Origin: Asterias rubens
Lineage: Eukaryota
Assembly (NCBI RefSeq): GCF_902459465.1
Contig: NC_047079.1
Coordinates: 11,346,001 to 11,410,000, forward strand
Direction of reading: 5' to 3'
DNA: 64,000 bases
Made by a program: the position numbers and the translations under genes. The notes below the pieces were generated by a model that saw only the letters and a list, made by a program, of their open reading frames with translations, was not told where the DNA came from and did no database searches. Positions 11,210 to 23,716 of the stretch are shown in pieces (positions within the stretch are counted from its first letter, which is position 1; the number at the start of each line of letters is the position of its first letter).

Positions 11210-14200
11210 ATGGACCAGGCATCAAATCCTTCAAGACGGTTCGCCACACCATCACTAGCCGTTTATATCTACGCGTTTATCGTGGGAGCTCAGCAAGGAG
11301 CGTTGGGTTCAGCATCACTTCAAGCAATTGAGTTTTTGGTCTCATTTGAGCTGGGGTATGAAGGCAAGAATAAAACATCGGGTGGGCCATGCTCCGGCGA
11401 GCAAGCCAACACCACCGGGAGTGACGAGGCCAACGCGTTAATTCAAGAACAGACATCTTCTGTTGCCTTCGTTGGGGCCATGCTAGGTGGCCTACCAGCG
11501 CTGTTAGTTGTTATTGTGCTTTCGACGTGGAGTGATGGCGCCCGTAGTTACAGACAGCTACGATTTGTGGCCGTTTTACCATGCATTGGAATGACCCTTT
11601 ATATGGCCGTATATGTTGTCGTTTTGGCGTTAAGACTATCGCCGTGGTTAACTCTTCTAGCATCCACTTTTATGGCGCTGGGAGGAGGGGTCTATCTCCA
11701 ATTTGCGATGATGACAAAGTATTTAATTTATGTAAATGCGGAAAGAGAGCGAGCAGTGTACATTATTTATCTGCAAATTTTGAGCTTCTCTGCGCAGGGT
11801 TTTTCACAGCTTGGCACCGGATATTTAATAGAGGGCGCTGGCTTCATAACTCCTTTCGTCATCCTCTTTTTCATTTGTCTTGGAACTACTGTCTTTGTTG
11901 CTATTTATCCACCGATAATAGAGGTAAGAACTTGGTAGTATTTAGTAATTTGAGTTTATGTGACAAGCTGGGCCCAGTTTCACAAATCCTGTTAACAAAT
12001 AAACTTGCTAAGCACAGCGGAATCTCCATAGTAGTTAGTCGTCAGTCGAGGCTGAATTTTAAAAAGCCTCCCAAGTCGTTTTCAAACAGTATAATTTATG
12101 AAGATTCAAGGCGCTCGCGGCGGCGGCCCCCTGGCCACATGTCACACACGAAAAAAGACCAGCGCGTGATATCTGGGGTCGTGCATCTGGGGGTGCCGCG
12201 TGCGCCCTGACGAAATGCTAACTAATAACAGGAATATTAGTTGCCAGCCAACACTTCATAATTTTAGTTTACTACACCGTTGCGACTGGTACCTCATTTA
12301 ATAGCAAAGAACATCTCTAGGCAATATTTTCTGCTAAACGGCTTTCATGAAATTGGGCCCGGGTCAGATAAAACACACCCTATGAATTTAGGTGACGTGT
12401 CTGGTACACGGGGGGGGGGGGGGGCTATTAAAGTCTAGTTGGTCACAAACATTGCGCCTCTGCTGCTCGTGCTTGTAACATTGGATTTGCCGGGTGCAAG
12501 GGCTGAAAGAAGTTGGGTCAGAAGAGGGCGCTTTCACTCAGACAAAAAAAGAATTGCTTAGCACAAACAAAGTTTTGCTTAGCAAATATAGGTTACAGCC
12601 AGAATACGCCATATTGCTGTATAAACAGGTACTCCCGTCATTTCATGCTTAGCAAAAAAAATTGCTTAGCGATATTTACTGAAATCGACCCTTGGTCTCT
12701 TTATCCACGCAGGCAAAGCCCACCACAGACGATCAACCCAAACGAGGAGGCGTGCTCACAATGTGTAGGGATATTCTGGCAGTGTTCAGGGATCCTGATA
12801 CTGGAGAATGCAACACCATTCTTGCGTTGTACTGTGTAAGCCTTCTCATTTACATGATGTTGACCATCTACTTCTTAATCTTGGTGCAAATCTATGTGTT
12901 GGGAACGCCCTTCTGTTGGTCACCATCTCTAATTGGTTACTTTGGTGTAGCGAAACTAGTGTCATGTGCCACAGGTAAGTAAATAAATGTAAAACTCGAA
13001 ACCTTTTTTTTTATTTATCAAGACTAGTCGAAACGTTGAGAACTCACTGAGGTAGTGCAAGTAATAACGATCCTTAGTAATAGTCCAAGCCGACTTTCTA
13101 CCTTAGCCTATAACTCATACTAAAAAAAAGAAAGATAATGTTGTAATTGAGATTAAATCATTTTAAAGCAAAGGTGGGTGTGTGAGGAACTACGTGCGCA
13201 GTCAAGGTGCCGGCAACTATAGGGCAAGCTTGAGCGGCGACCACTTTTCAACCACTAGTCAATGTTCCATGGTGATGATCTATGCATGATATACATAACT
13301 TGGTACCATGAAAAATCGCCAAATTTCTTTTTTGTTTTATGCATGAATTTTCAAGAGGTCATGCACTAGACTTGTGGACAAGTCGTTAATGGTCCCACGC
13401 GGTAAGATAGTCGAGGCTATGGCGAGATCACTGCTCTCGCGCGAACTGTTGGTTGCCGACTTCTACTCCCATGGGACCGTAGTCGTGACAGCAGTTGCAG
13501 AATACCGCCGCGGGAATCGCGGGGAGAGTCGGAACACTTTCACCGCGACAGACATTGAACGACTTGCCACAAGTCTAGTCATGCACCTACATCATGAACT
13601 GCTTCTAGAAACAAATTCGGTCGGTGAATTTTTCGTCAGAATTTTTTTCCGAACCCTTGTTCACAGCAATAAGGCATGAACTGAGGTAAGAGAAAGGTCT
13701 CGATGCCATGTACCCCTTGCATTTGGCGGTCATCTTATGTGCATGGGCGCGAAAGGCTAGCATAAGCCAAGAGTCATACACACAGCGCGTACACTTTTCC
13801 AGGGTCGACCCCAATCTGCCCGCGGTACGTTCGAAAAGCTTTGAAGTCGTTCTTGGGGCTCACCCCAGTCAGCCCCAAGTGCCCTGCTTGTGGAACGCGT
13901 CACTTGGGGGCTGGCTCGAGGTGCGCGCATGACATCCACGTCACCACGAGAGGGCGAGCGATCGTTCGATTAGCTCTTGTCGGGGCACACCCGAATGGGC
14001 ACCCAAAGATGGTGGTCAGTGACGTCATGTCAATCCCTCTACAGTACATATTGTATTTGCGTTGACTTTATGCTCTTTGTTTCAGGTCTGTTGGTTGGAG
14101 CCAAGGTCCTGAAGAGATATTTTGACGACGACATGATAATCCAGATCGGTATCTTGTCGATGCTGCTCAGCACTGTTATACCGATCTATGCTCGAACGGA

Positions 14201-16158
14201 TGCCGGATTATTTCTAAGTAAGTTCAATGTGCGCGTTCGATTTAAGCTTCTACCCCGCGCGGTGCTCACTCAGTCGGGTGAGCCCCTGACAAGAGCTCAA
14301 CAAACGATCACTCACCCTCTCGTGGTGACGTCTGCACCTCAGGCTCGCCCCCACCAAGTGACCCACTCCACAAGCAGGGCACTTGGGGCTGACCCGGGTG
14401 AGCCCCTGGAATGACGACAAAGCTCCGAACGTACCGGGGTAGTCTGGGGGTAGACCCGGGGAAGCTAATCGAACGCACCCAAAAAAGTTACTTTGACCCG
14501 CACAAGTACCAATTTACTCCGCTCCCGGGTAAATAGTTCTAAGCAATTATGACCAAGCCACAATATTTCGAGTCACTGAATTTCAGAATTAAACTTTTGT
14601 AAAACTGCTTTCAGTATTAAAAGAATTGAAAAACATTGTGAAATGTAGACCAGACATTAAAGTAGATTAAACATTCGAATGAGGTTTAATAATCTTAATA
14701 ATCATTGTTTCCCTCCAGTTGTTCTTTTTGGCTGTTTTCGTATTTTACCGGGTGCAGTCATTACAGCCAGTGTGTCCAAACATGCAAAGAAACAACATTT
14801 CGGTAAGTGTTCAAGTTTTATAATACCGTTTCAGAATAGCAAAATTCACAATTTTACACATGCATATTCGGCTAATTATCACAAACAATTGGAAAAAAAC
14901 AAGGTACAAAAATCAGAGTTTTAATTGCATCCAGATTGTTGCTACCGACTCCCTTTCTTACGTTACAAATATTATTGGTTCAAGAATATTAACGTGATAG
15001 TGTGTGAAAGAGGGAGGGGGGGGGTGGTCAGGGAGACTTTATGGTAGACTTTGGAGGGCGCCCCACTATAGCTGGTAGTTTTGGACTAACGATATTAATT
15101 TTGTTTTTATACCCATACACCGATGTGTGTATAAAGCACTGTATACAATGTACATGTACTGTGAAACAAATATCACAGGCATGTTACTCGGGTAGGAATC
15201 GAACCCATGACCCTTGCAATTCTAGAGCAGTGTCTTACCAACTAGACTACCGAGTTTTGAATCCTATGTTTTGGCAGCGGGTACCACAACAATTATAAGA
15301 AATGTTAAGGGGTAAAGAACATTAATTTTGGTTTTTACCCATACACCGATGTGTGTTAGCACTGTACACTCAGTACTTTCCCCGAATCCTGTGAACATAT
15401 CGTGTATACAAGAAAAGAGGCAGTCGCCCATTGCAGGGTAGCCCGCCATCACCTAATAGGAGGGTTAGGGTTGAACTATATGCACAATGTATGCTACTTA
15501 ATTTTGACAGACATTCGAATATAATTAACTTCTCCACCTTCAAAGCAACTTTGGTAAACCATATCTGTGTGGAAATTATTCTATTTTTTAGGGAGCTTGT
15601 TTGGCGTGACTATGGCCATAGAAAGTCTGGCAAGTTCATTAGCTCCCATTATATTCGGCTCTATCTACACACTGACTGTTGCTGATGATCCGCAGTTTGT
15701 TTTTAAACTAATGGCTGGCCTCGCGGTGATACCATCCACTCTCATCATGTAAGTAGAATGGAACCCTTGCATTGGCAACCATCTTGGATAAAATTTGTAT
15801 GCTGTTCTACATTTAAGATGGTGGTCAATGACGTCATGCGCAATTCATCTTTTAAACATCGTCATATAAATCCCCTGGCGTGAGAAAGCACCTCTTTTCC
15901 ATCACTTTGGGAGTCAGTTCTGTATAAACATTTCAACTCTCAAGATGACACACGTAGTGTGCAAGGAGTCTACATGTACGCCAGAGAAACCAAAGGTGAA
16001 GGGTCCCAAACAAACAGATATTATAATGAACTTCACCATTATCTCAAATTATTTTATTTTCTAGGTGCATACAATGCTGGAATATGACTTCGGGTGTGGC
16101 CAACTACACCGAGTACAAAGAGGGCGCCCTACTAGCTAGCTCGGGTCTGAAGAAATGA
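11210..16158 (+). CDS. SLC46/PCFT-like MFS transporter, copy 1. Coding exons 11210-11923, 12713-12974, 14086-14217, 14719-14802, 15592-15748, 16065-16158; about 480 aa
   Basis: In-phase GT-AG junctions total 1443 nt. N-terminal helix is followed by a Cys-containing luminal loop (NKTSGGPC...IQEQTS), then WSDG..R, YVLGTPFCWSPSLIGY and GSLFGVTMAIESLASSLAPIIFGSIY, all typical of SLC46. An acceptor at 11154 and a donor at 9741 suggest a non-coding first exon ending at 9740. Confidence 0.85.
11970..12360. mobile_element. MITE with GGGCCCA(A/G)TTTCA TIRs (possibly PIF/Harbinger-type)
   Basis: GGGCCCAGTTTCAC...ATGAAATTGGGCCC. Relatives near 19536-19925, 41361-41535, 52290, 56920 and 62560-62810. Confidence 0.65.
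13367..13577. mobile_element. MITE with TAGACTTGTGG TIRs and 9-bp TSD GTCATGCAC (copy at 20929-21139)
   Basis: TIR and TSD read directly from the sequence. Confidence 0.85.
14233..14478. mobile_element. MITE with GCGTTCGATT(T)AGCTTC TIRs; an inverted partial copy lies at 13799-13994
   Basis: TIRs are visible, and there is a 27-bp perfect complement between 13868-13894 and 14367-14393. Confidence 0.75.
15171..15254 (-). mobile_element. tRNA-derived SINE head (copies at 22731-22814 and 52761-52845)
   Basis: A-box-like TAGTCTAGTTGG and B-box GGTTCGATTCC, followed by a non-tRNA body. Confidence 0.75.
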
Positions 16159-18775
16159 GGGCACCCGGCGTGGCGCTAGAGTCATCACCGACAAAGTCGA
16201 GAAATGTACCAGGATTCAAGTTTCAGGGACCTTTTGGGGCCCCCCGGGATTTTCGGACTGCAAGGAGATTCCAAGATTGATAACTATCTTCAGAGCTAGA
16301 GAAGTGAATCAGAGAAAAGGTTTTCCAATCAGCGGCAGGCAGGCACAAACAAAAGGATAATTACTTGTCACCAAGAAAGGTTTTATGCGAATAATTATTT
16401 TGAGTAATTACCAATAGTGTCCACCATGCCTTTAAATATTTTATTTTTTGTAGCCCCTTATATCAAGAGTGGCTTTTATCCTTGACTTGTGCAAACTTTG
16501 ATATTTTCTAACAAAATATACACATCAAATAGAATAACCTACCCGCATATCTAGTCATTATTCAGATTTCTATACACGTCCGATTTCAATTATATCAATT
16601 GATGCGAGAAGAGATCCCAGAGAGGCCACAAGGAGAAAAAGCTGTTGTAATTATATTGGTACCCGCTGAGTTGTTCTGTATATGCCTCTCTGAAAGTCAT
16701 TGGACACTTTCAGTAAACAGTATTGTCCAAGGCCCACACTTCGTGTATCACAACTTCTATAAATAACAAACCTGTGAAAATTTAGGCTCAATCGGTCATC
16801 GGAGTCGGGAGAAGATAACGGGAAAACCCGTTTTGAGATGGGCCTACTGTATTCATTATTTTATTATGTTGATCACAAATCAGACGAAACAATCGCCATA
16901 AGATTGAATGTTTTTACACATCGTGCCTATATACATGAAGTCCATGCTCCGTGGCTCTTTTGTGAAAACGCAATGTCAAAGGTCACAATAATGGTCGACA
17001 CAGAAGCTTTTTTCTCACCGTTATACACGTCTGAATAATTAGAATTTATGACAAAGTCCGTAGGCCTATTAAACATCTTTCAGTAATAAAAAATAAAGTA
17101 TGTCTGAATCTATCTCTTTCTGATTTAAATATTTTCATTTTGACCTACCCGCACAAAGTAACTCTTATTCAAATCTGCGTAGATCACCTTTTAACTTGCT
17201 GGTACATACGCGGTGTATACGACTAAGATTTTAAGGTACAACAAATTATACCAATATATTGTGACTGTAAGCAGAGACGAGCAGAGACCTGCATTGAAGT
17301 GTCGAGGTGAGTTTTAGTTTTTGAGAGAATAAATTTATTTATATCTGCTTGTGTTTACTATGTTTAAAGGGAAGGTACACGTTTGGTAATTTCATAAAAT
17401 AACAAGTCTGTGAAAATTTGAGCTAAATTGGTCACCGAAGTTGCAAGAAAATGATGAGAGAAAAAACACCCTTGTTGGACGAATTTGTGTGCTTTCAGAT
17501 AGGAATAAAATACTTCTGGCTAGAAGTCTTGTTTTATTTTAGTGGGAAATTACCTCTTTCTCAAAATCCATGCTACTTCAGAGAAAGTCGTTTCTCACAA
17601 TGTTTTATACTATCAACAGCTCTCCAATGCTCGTTACCAAGTCAGTTTTTAAGTAAATATTTGTTTTGAGTCATTACCAAACATGTACCTTCTCTTTGAA
17701 GGCACTGGACACTATTGGTATTTACTCAAAATAATTTGTAATAGCATCAAGCTTACTTGGCTGCAAGCAATGGAGAGCAGTTGATAGTAAAAACATTGAG
17801 AGAAACGGCTCCCTCTGAAGTACGTAAAATTAAACATCTGAAAGCACACAGTCGAGTGTGGATACCAAGCCACTATCAATGCACTATCATGCCCAACTGG
17901 CTCTCATAAAAAAAAACTACAGTAGACTGTGGAGATCAAGTTCACAGCACACAAGCAACTATTAGTGCACTCTCCCGCCCAATTAATGGCTCTTTCCACA
18001 AAATACCACATGGGATTGTGGAGACTAGTGCACAGTACACAGGCCACTATTAGTGCACTCTCATGCCAACTGGCCCTTTCCACAAAATACCACAGTAGAC
18101 TGTGGAGACTAAGTTCACAGTACAAAGCCACTATTAGTGCACTATCCTGCCCAATTACTGGCTCTTTCCACAAAATACCACATGAGATTGTGAAGACTAG
18201 TTCACAGTATACAAGCCACTGTCAGTGCACTCTCCTGCCCAACTGGCTCTTTCCACAAGCTACCACATGAGATTGTGGAGACTAGTTCACAGTACAAAAG
18301 CCACTACCAGTGCACTCTCCTGCCCAACATGGATCTTTCCACAAAATACCACGGGAAGCTATCATACACATAGTGCTATGAAAAGACATTGGGGTTTCCT
18401 GATATATAATACCTCTGATAAAAAACGGGTCAGAATTTACCCGGATTCCGTATCCAATGGGGCCTGACTAGTTGCCGGATCAAAATGACTCGGACAATAT
18501 TGGGTTGACTAAGGGGATTTAAAGTCGGTTTCTGAGTCAGATTGACCCTTTCCGGGTCGATCATTTTGACACCATTCTCGGTTCAACCTGACCCAGAAAT
18601 GGGTCAATCTGACCCGAGGGTTGTCAGTGTATAGTTTTAGTGAACAGTGCTACAGCCTATAGCCAGTGCCGTGTGTATTTATTGAAAACTACTTTGGATT
18701 TTGTCCTTTTTTTCTTCCAGACTTGATGGTATTTGTTCCACCTAGAACGGGTAGAGTGCTTCATTGACTTAAAAC

Positions 18776-21700
18776 ATGGACCAGGCATCAAATCCTTCAA
18801 GACGGTTCGCCACACCATCACTAGCCGTTTATATCTACGCGTTTATCGTGGGAGCTCAGCAAGGAGCGTTTGGTTCAGCATCACTTCAAGCAATTGAGTT
18901 TTTGGTCTCATTTGAGCTGGGGTATGAAGGCAAGAATAAAACATCGGGTGGGCCATGCTCCGGCGAGCAAGCCAACACCACCGGGAGTGACGAGGCCAAC
19001 GCGTTAATTCAAGAACAGACATCTTCTGTTGCCTTCGTTGGGGGCATGCTAGGTGGCCTACCAGCGCTGTTAGTTGTTATTGTGCTTTCGACGTGGAGTG
19101 ATGGCGCCCGTAGTTACAGACAGCTACGATTTGTGGCCGTTTTACCATGCATTGGAATGACCCTTTATATGGCCGTATATGTTGTCGTTTTGGCGTTAAG
19201 ACTATCGCCGTGGTTAACTCTTCTAGCATCCACTTTTATGGCGCTGGGAGGAGGGGTCTATCTCCAATTTGCGATGATGACAAAGTATTTAATTTATGTA
19301 AATGCGGAAAGAGAGCGAGCAGTGTACATTATTTATCTGCAAATTTTGAGCTTCTCTGCGCAGGGATTTTCACAGCTTGGCACCGGATATTTAATAGAGG
19401 GCGCTGGCTTAATAACTCCTTTCGTCATCCTCTTTTTCATTTGTCTTGGAACTACTGTCTTTGTTGCTATTTATCCACCGATAATAGAGGTAAGAACTTG
19501 GTAGTATTTAGTAATTTGAGTTTATGTGACAAGCTGGGCCCAGTTTCACAAATCCTGTTAACAAATAAACTTGCTAAGCACAGCGGAATCTCCATAGTAG
19601 TTAGTCGTCAGTCGAGGCTGAATTTTAAAAAGCCTCCCAAGTCGTTTTCAAACAGTATAATTTATGAAGATTCAAGGCGCTCGCGGCGGCGGCCCCCTGG
19701 CCACATGTCACACACGAAAAAAGACCAGCGCGTGATATCTGGGGTCGTGCATCTGGGGGTGCCGCGTGCGCCCTGACGAAATGCTAACTAATAACAGGAA
19801 TATTAGTTGCCAGCCAACACTTCATAATTTTAGTTTACTACACCGTTGCGACTGGTACCTCATTTAATAGCAAAGAACATCTCTAGGCAATATTTTCTGC
19901 TAAACGGCTTTCATGAAATTGGGCCCGGGTCAGATAAAACACACCCTATGAATTTAGGTGACGTGTCTGGTACACGGGGGGGGGGGGGGGCTATTAAAGT
20001 CTAGTTGGTCACAAACATTGCGCCTCTGCTGCTCGTGCTTGTAACATTGGATTTGCCGGGTGCAAGGGCTGAAAGAAGTTGGGTCAGAAGAGGGCGCTTT
20101 CACTCAGACACAAAAAAAATTGCTTAGCACAAACAAAGTTTTGCTTAGCAAATATAGGTTACAGCCAGAATACGCCATATTGCTGTATAAACAGGTACTC
20201 CCGTCATTTCATGCTTAGCAAAAATAATTGCTTAGCGATATTTACTGAAATCGACCCTTGGTCTCTTTATCCACGCAGGCAAAGCCCACCACAGACGATC
20301 AACCCAAACGAGGAGGCGTGCTCACAATGTGTAGGGATATTCTGGCAGTGTTCAGGGATCCTGATACTGGAGAATGCAACACCATTCTTGCGTTGTACTG
20401 TGTAAGCCTTCTCATTTACACGATGTTGACCATCTACTTCTTAATCTTGGTGCAAATCTATGTGTTGGGAACGCCCTTCTGTTGGTCACCATCTCTAATT
20501 GGTTACTTTGGTGTAGCGAAACTAGTGTCATGTGCCACAGGTAAGTAAATAAATGTAAAACTCGAAACCTTTTTTTTATTTATCAAGACTAGTCGAAACG
20601 TTGAGAACTCACTGCGGTAGTGCAGGTAATAACGATCCTTAGTAATAGTCCAAGCCGACTTTCTACCTAAGCCTATAACTCATACTAAAAAAAGAAAGAT
20701 AATGTTGTAATTGAGATTAAATCATTTTAAAGCAAAGGTGGGTGTGTGAGGAACTACGTGCGCAGTCAAGGTGCCAGCAACTATAGGGCAAGCTTGAGCG
20801 GCGACCACTTTTCAACCACTAGTCAATATTCCATGGTGATGATCTATGCATGATACATAACTTGGTACCATGAAAAATCGCCAAATTTCTTTTTTGTTTT
20901 TTGCATGAATTTTCAAGAGGTCATGCACTAGACTTGTGGACAAGTCGTTAATGGTCCCACGCGGTAAGATAGTCGAGGCTATGGCGAGATCACTGCTCTC
21001 GCGCGAACTGTTGGTTGCCGACTTCTACTCCCATGGGACCGTAGTCGTGACAGCAGTTGTAGAATACCGCCGCGGGAATCGCGGGGAGAGTCGGAACACT
21101 TTCACCGCGACAGACATTGAACGACTTGCCACAAGTCTAGTCATGCACCTACATCATTAACTGCTTCTAGAAACAAATTCGGTCGGTGAATTTTTCGTCA
21201 GAATTTTTTTCCGAACCCTTGTTCACAGCAATAAGGCATGAACTGAGGTAAGAGAAAGGCCTCGATGCCATGTACCCCTTGCATTTGGCGGTCATCTTAT
21301 GTGCATGGGCGCAAAAGGCTAGCATAAGCCAAGAGTCATACACACAGCGCGTACACTTTTCCAGGGTCGACCCCAATCTGCCCGCGGTACGTTCGAAAAG
21401 CTTTGAAGTCGTTCTTGGGGCTCACCCCAGTCAGCCCCAAGTGCCCTGCTTGTGGAACGGGTCACTTGGGGGCTGGCTCGAGGTGCGCGCATGACGTCCA
21501 CGTCACCACGAGAGGGCGAGCGATCGTTCGATTAGCTCTTGTCGGGGCACACCCGAATGGGCACCCAAAGATGGTGGTCAGTGACGTCATGTCAATCCCT
21601 CTACAGTACATATTGTATTTGCGTTGACTTTATGCTCTTTGTTTCAGGTCTGTTGGTTGGAGCCACGGTCCTGAAGAGATATTTTGACGACGACATGATA

Positions 21701-23716
21701 ATCCAGATCGGCATCTTGTCGATGCTGCTCAGCACTGTTATACCGATCTATGCTCGAACGGATGCCGGATTATTTCTAAGTAAGTTCAATGTGCGCGTTC
21801 GATTTAAGCTTCTACCCCGCGCGGTGCTCACTCAGTCGGGTGAGCCCCTGACAAGAGCTCAACAAACGATCACTCACCCTCTCGTGGTGACGTCTGCACC
21901 TCAGGCCAGCCCCCACCAAGTGACCCACTCCACAAGCAGGGCACTTGGGGCTGACCCGGGTGAGCCCCTGGAATGACGACAAAGCTCCGAACGTACCGGG
22001 GTAGTCTGGGGGTAGACCCGGGGAAGCTAATCGAACGCACCCAAAAAAGTTACTTTGACCCGCACAAGAACCAGTTTACTCCGCTCCCGGGTAAATAGTT
22101 CTAAGCAATTATGACCAAGCCACAATATTTCGAGTCCACTGAATTTCAGAATTAAACTTTTGTAAAACTGCTTTCAGTAAAGAATTTAAAAACATTGTGA
22201 AATGTAGACCAGACATTAAAGTAGATTAAACATTCGAATGAGGTTTAATAATCTTAATAATCATTGTTTCCCTCCAGTTGTTCTTTTTGGCTGTTTTCGT
22301 ATTTTACCGGGTGCAGTCATTACAGCCAGTGTGTCCAAACATGCAAAGAAACAACATTTCGGTAAGTGTTCAAGTTTTATAATACCGTTTCACAATAGCA
22401 AAATTCACAATTTTACACATGCATATTCGGCTAATTATCACAAACAATTTGGAAAAAAACAAGGTACAAAAATCAGAGTTTTAATTGCATCCAGATTGTT
22501 GCTACCGACTCCCTTTCTTACGTTACAAATATTATTGGTTCAAGAATATTAACGTGATAGTGTGTGAAAGAGGGAGGGGGGGGGGGTCAGGGAGACTTTA
22601 TGGTAGACTTTGGAGGGCGCCCCACTATAGCTGGTAGTTTTGGACTAACGATATTAATTTTGTTTTTATACCCATACACCGATGTGTGTATAAAGCACTG
22701 TATACAATGTACATGTACTGTGAAAAAAATATCACAGGCATGTTACTCGGGTAGGAATCGAACCCATGACCCTTGCAATTCTAGAGCAGTGTCTTACCAA
22801 CTAGACTACCGAGTTTTGAATCCTATGCTTTGGCAGGGGGTACCACAACAATATAAGAAATGTTTAGGGGTAAATAACATTAATTTTGGTTTTTACCCAT
22901 ACACCGATGTGTGTTAGCACTGTACACTCAGTACTTTCCCCGAATCCTGTGAACATATCGTGTATACAAGAAAAGAGGCAGTCGCCCATTGCAGGGTAGC
23001 CCGCCATCACCTAATAGGAGGGTTAGGGTTGAACTATATGCCTATGTATGTTACTTAATTTTGACAGACATTCGAATATAATTAACTTCTCCACCTTCAA
23101 AGCAACTTTGGTAAACCATATCTGTGTGGAAATTATTCTATTTTTTTAGGGAGCTTGTTTGGCGTGACTATGGCCATAGAAAGTCTGGCATGTTCATTAG
23201 CTCCCATTATATTCGGCTCTATCTACACAATGACTGTTGCTGATGATCCGCAGTTTGTTTTTAAACTAATGGCTGGCCTCGCGGTGATACCATCCACTCT
23301 CATCATGTAAGTAGAATGGAACCCTTGCATTGGCAACCATCTTGGATAAAATTTGTATGCTGTTCTACATTTAAGATGGTGGTCAATGACGTCATGCGCA
23401 ATTCATCTTTTAAACATCGTCATATAAATCCCCTGGCGTAAGAAAGCACCTCTTTTCCATCACTTTGGGAGTCCGTTCTGTATAAACATTTCAACTCTCA
23501 AGATGACACACGTAGTGTGCAAGGAGTCTACATATACGCCAGAGAAACCAAAGGTGAAGGGTCCCAAACAAACAGATATTATAATGAACTTCACCATTAT
23601 CTCAAATTATTTTATTTTCTAGGTGCATACAATGCTGGAATATGACTTCGGGTGTGGCCAACTACACAGAGTACAAAGAGGGCGCCCTACTAGCTAGCTC
23701 GGGTCTAAAGAAATGA
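18776..23716 (+). CDS. SLC46/PCFT-like MFS transporter, copy 2. Coding exons 18776-19489, 20279-20540, 21648-21779, 22278-22361, 23150-23306, 23623-23716
   Basis: About 99% identical to copy 1, with all splice sites and the reading frame intact. By eye there are 11 coding substitutions. Confidence 0.8.

Noticed and set aside
11581-12210. 209-aa overlapping ORF (and its copy at 19147-19776)
   Set aside because: It is an off-frame reading of SLC46 exon 1 running into an intronic MITE, with no recognisable domain.
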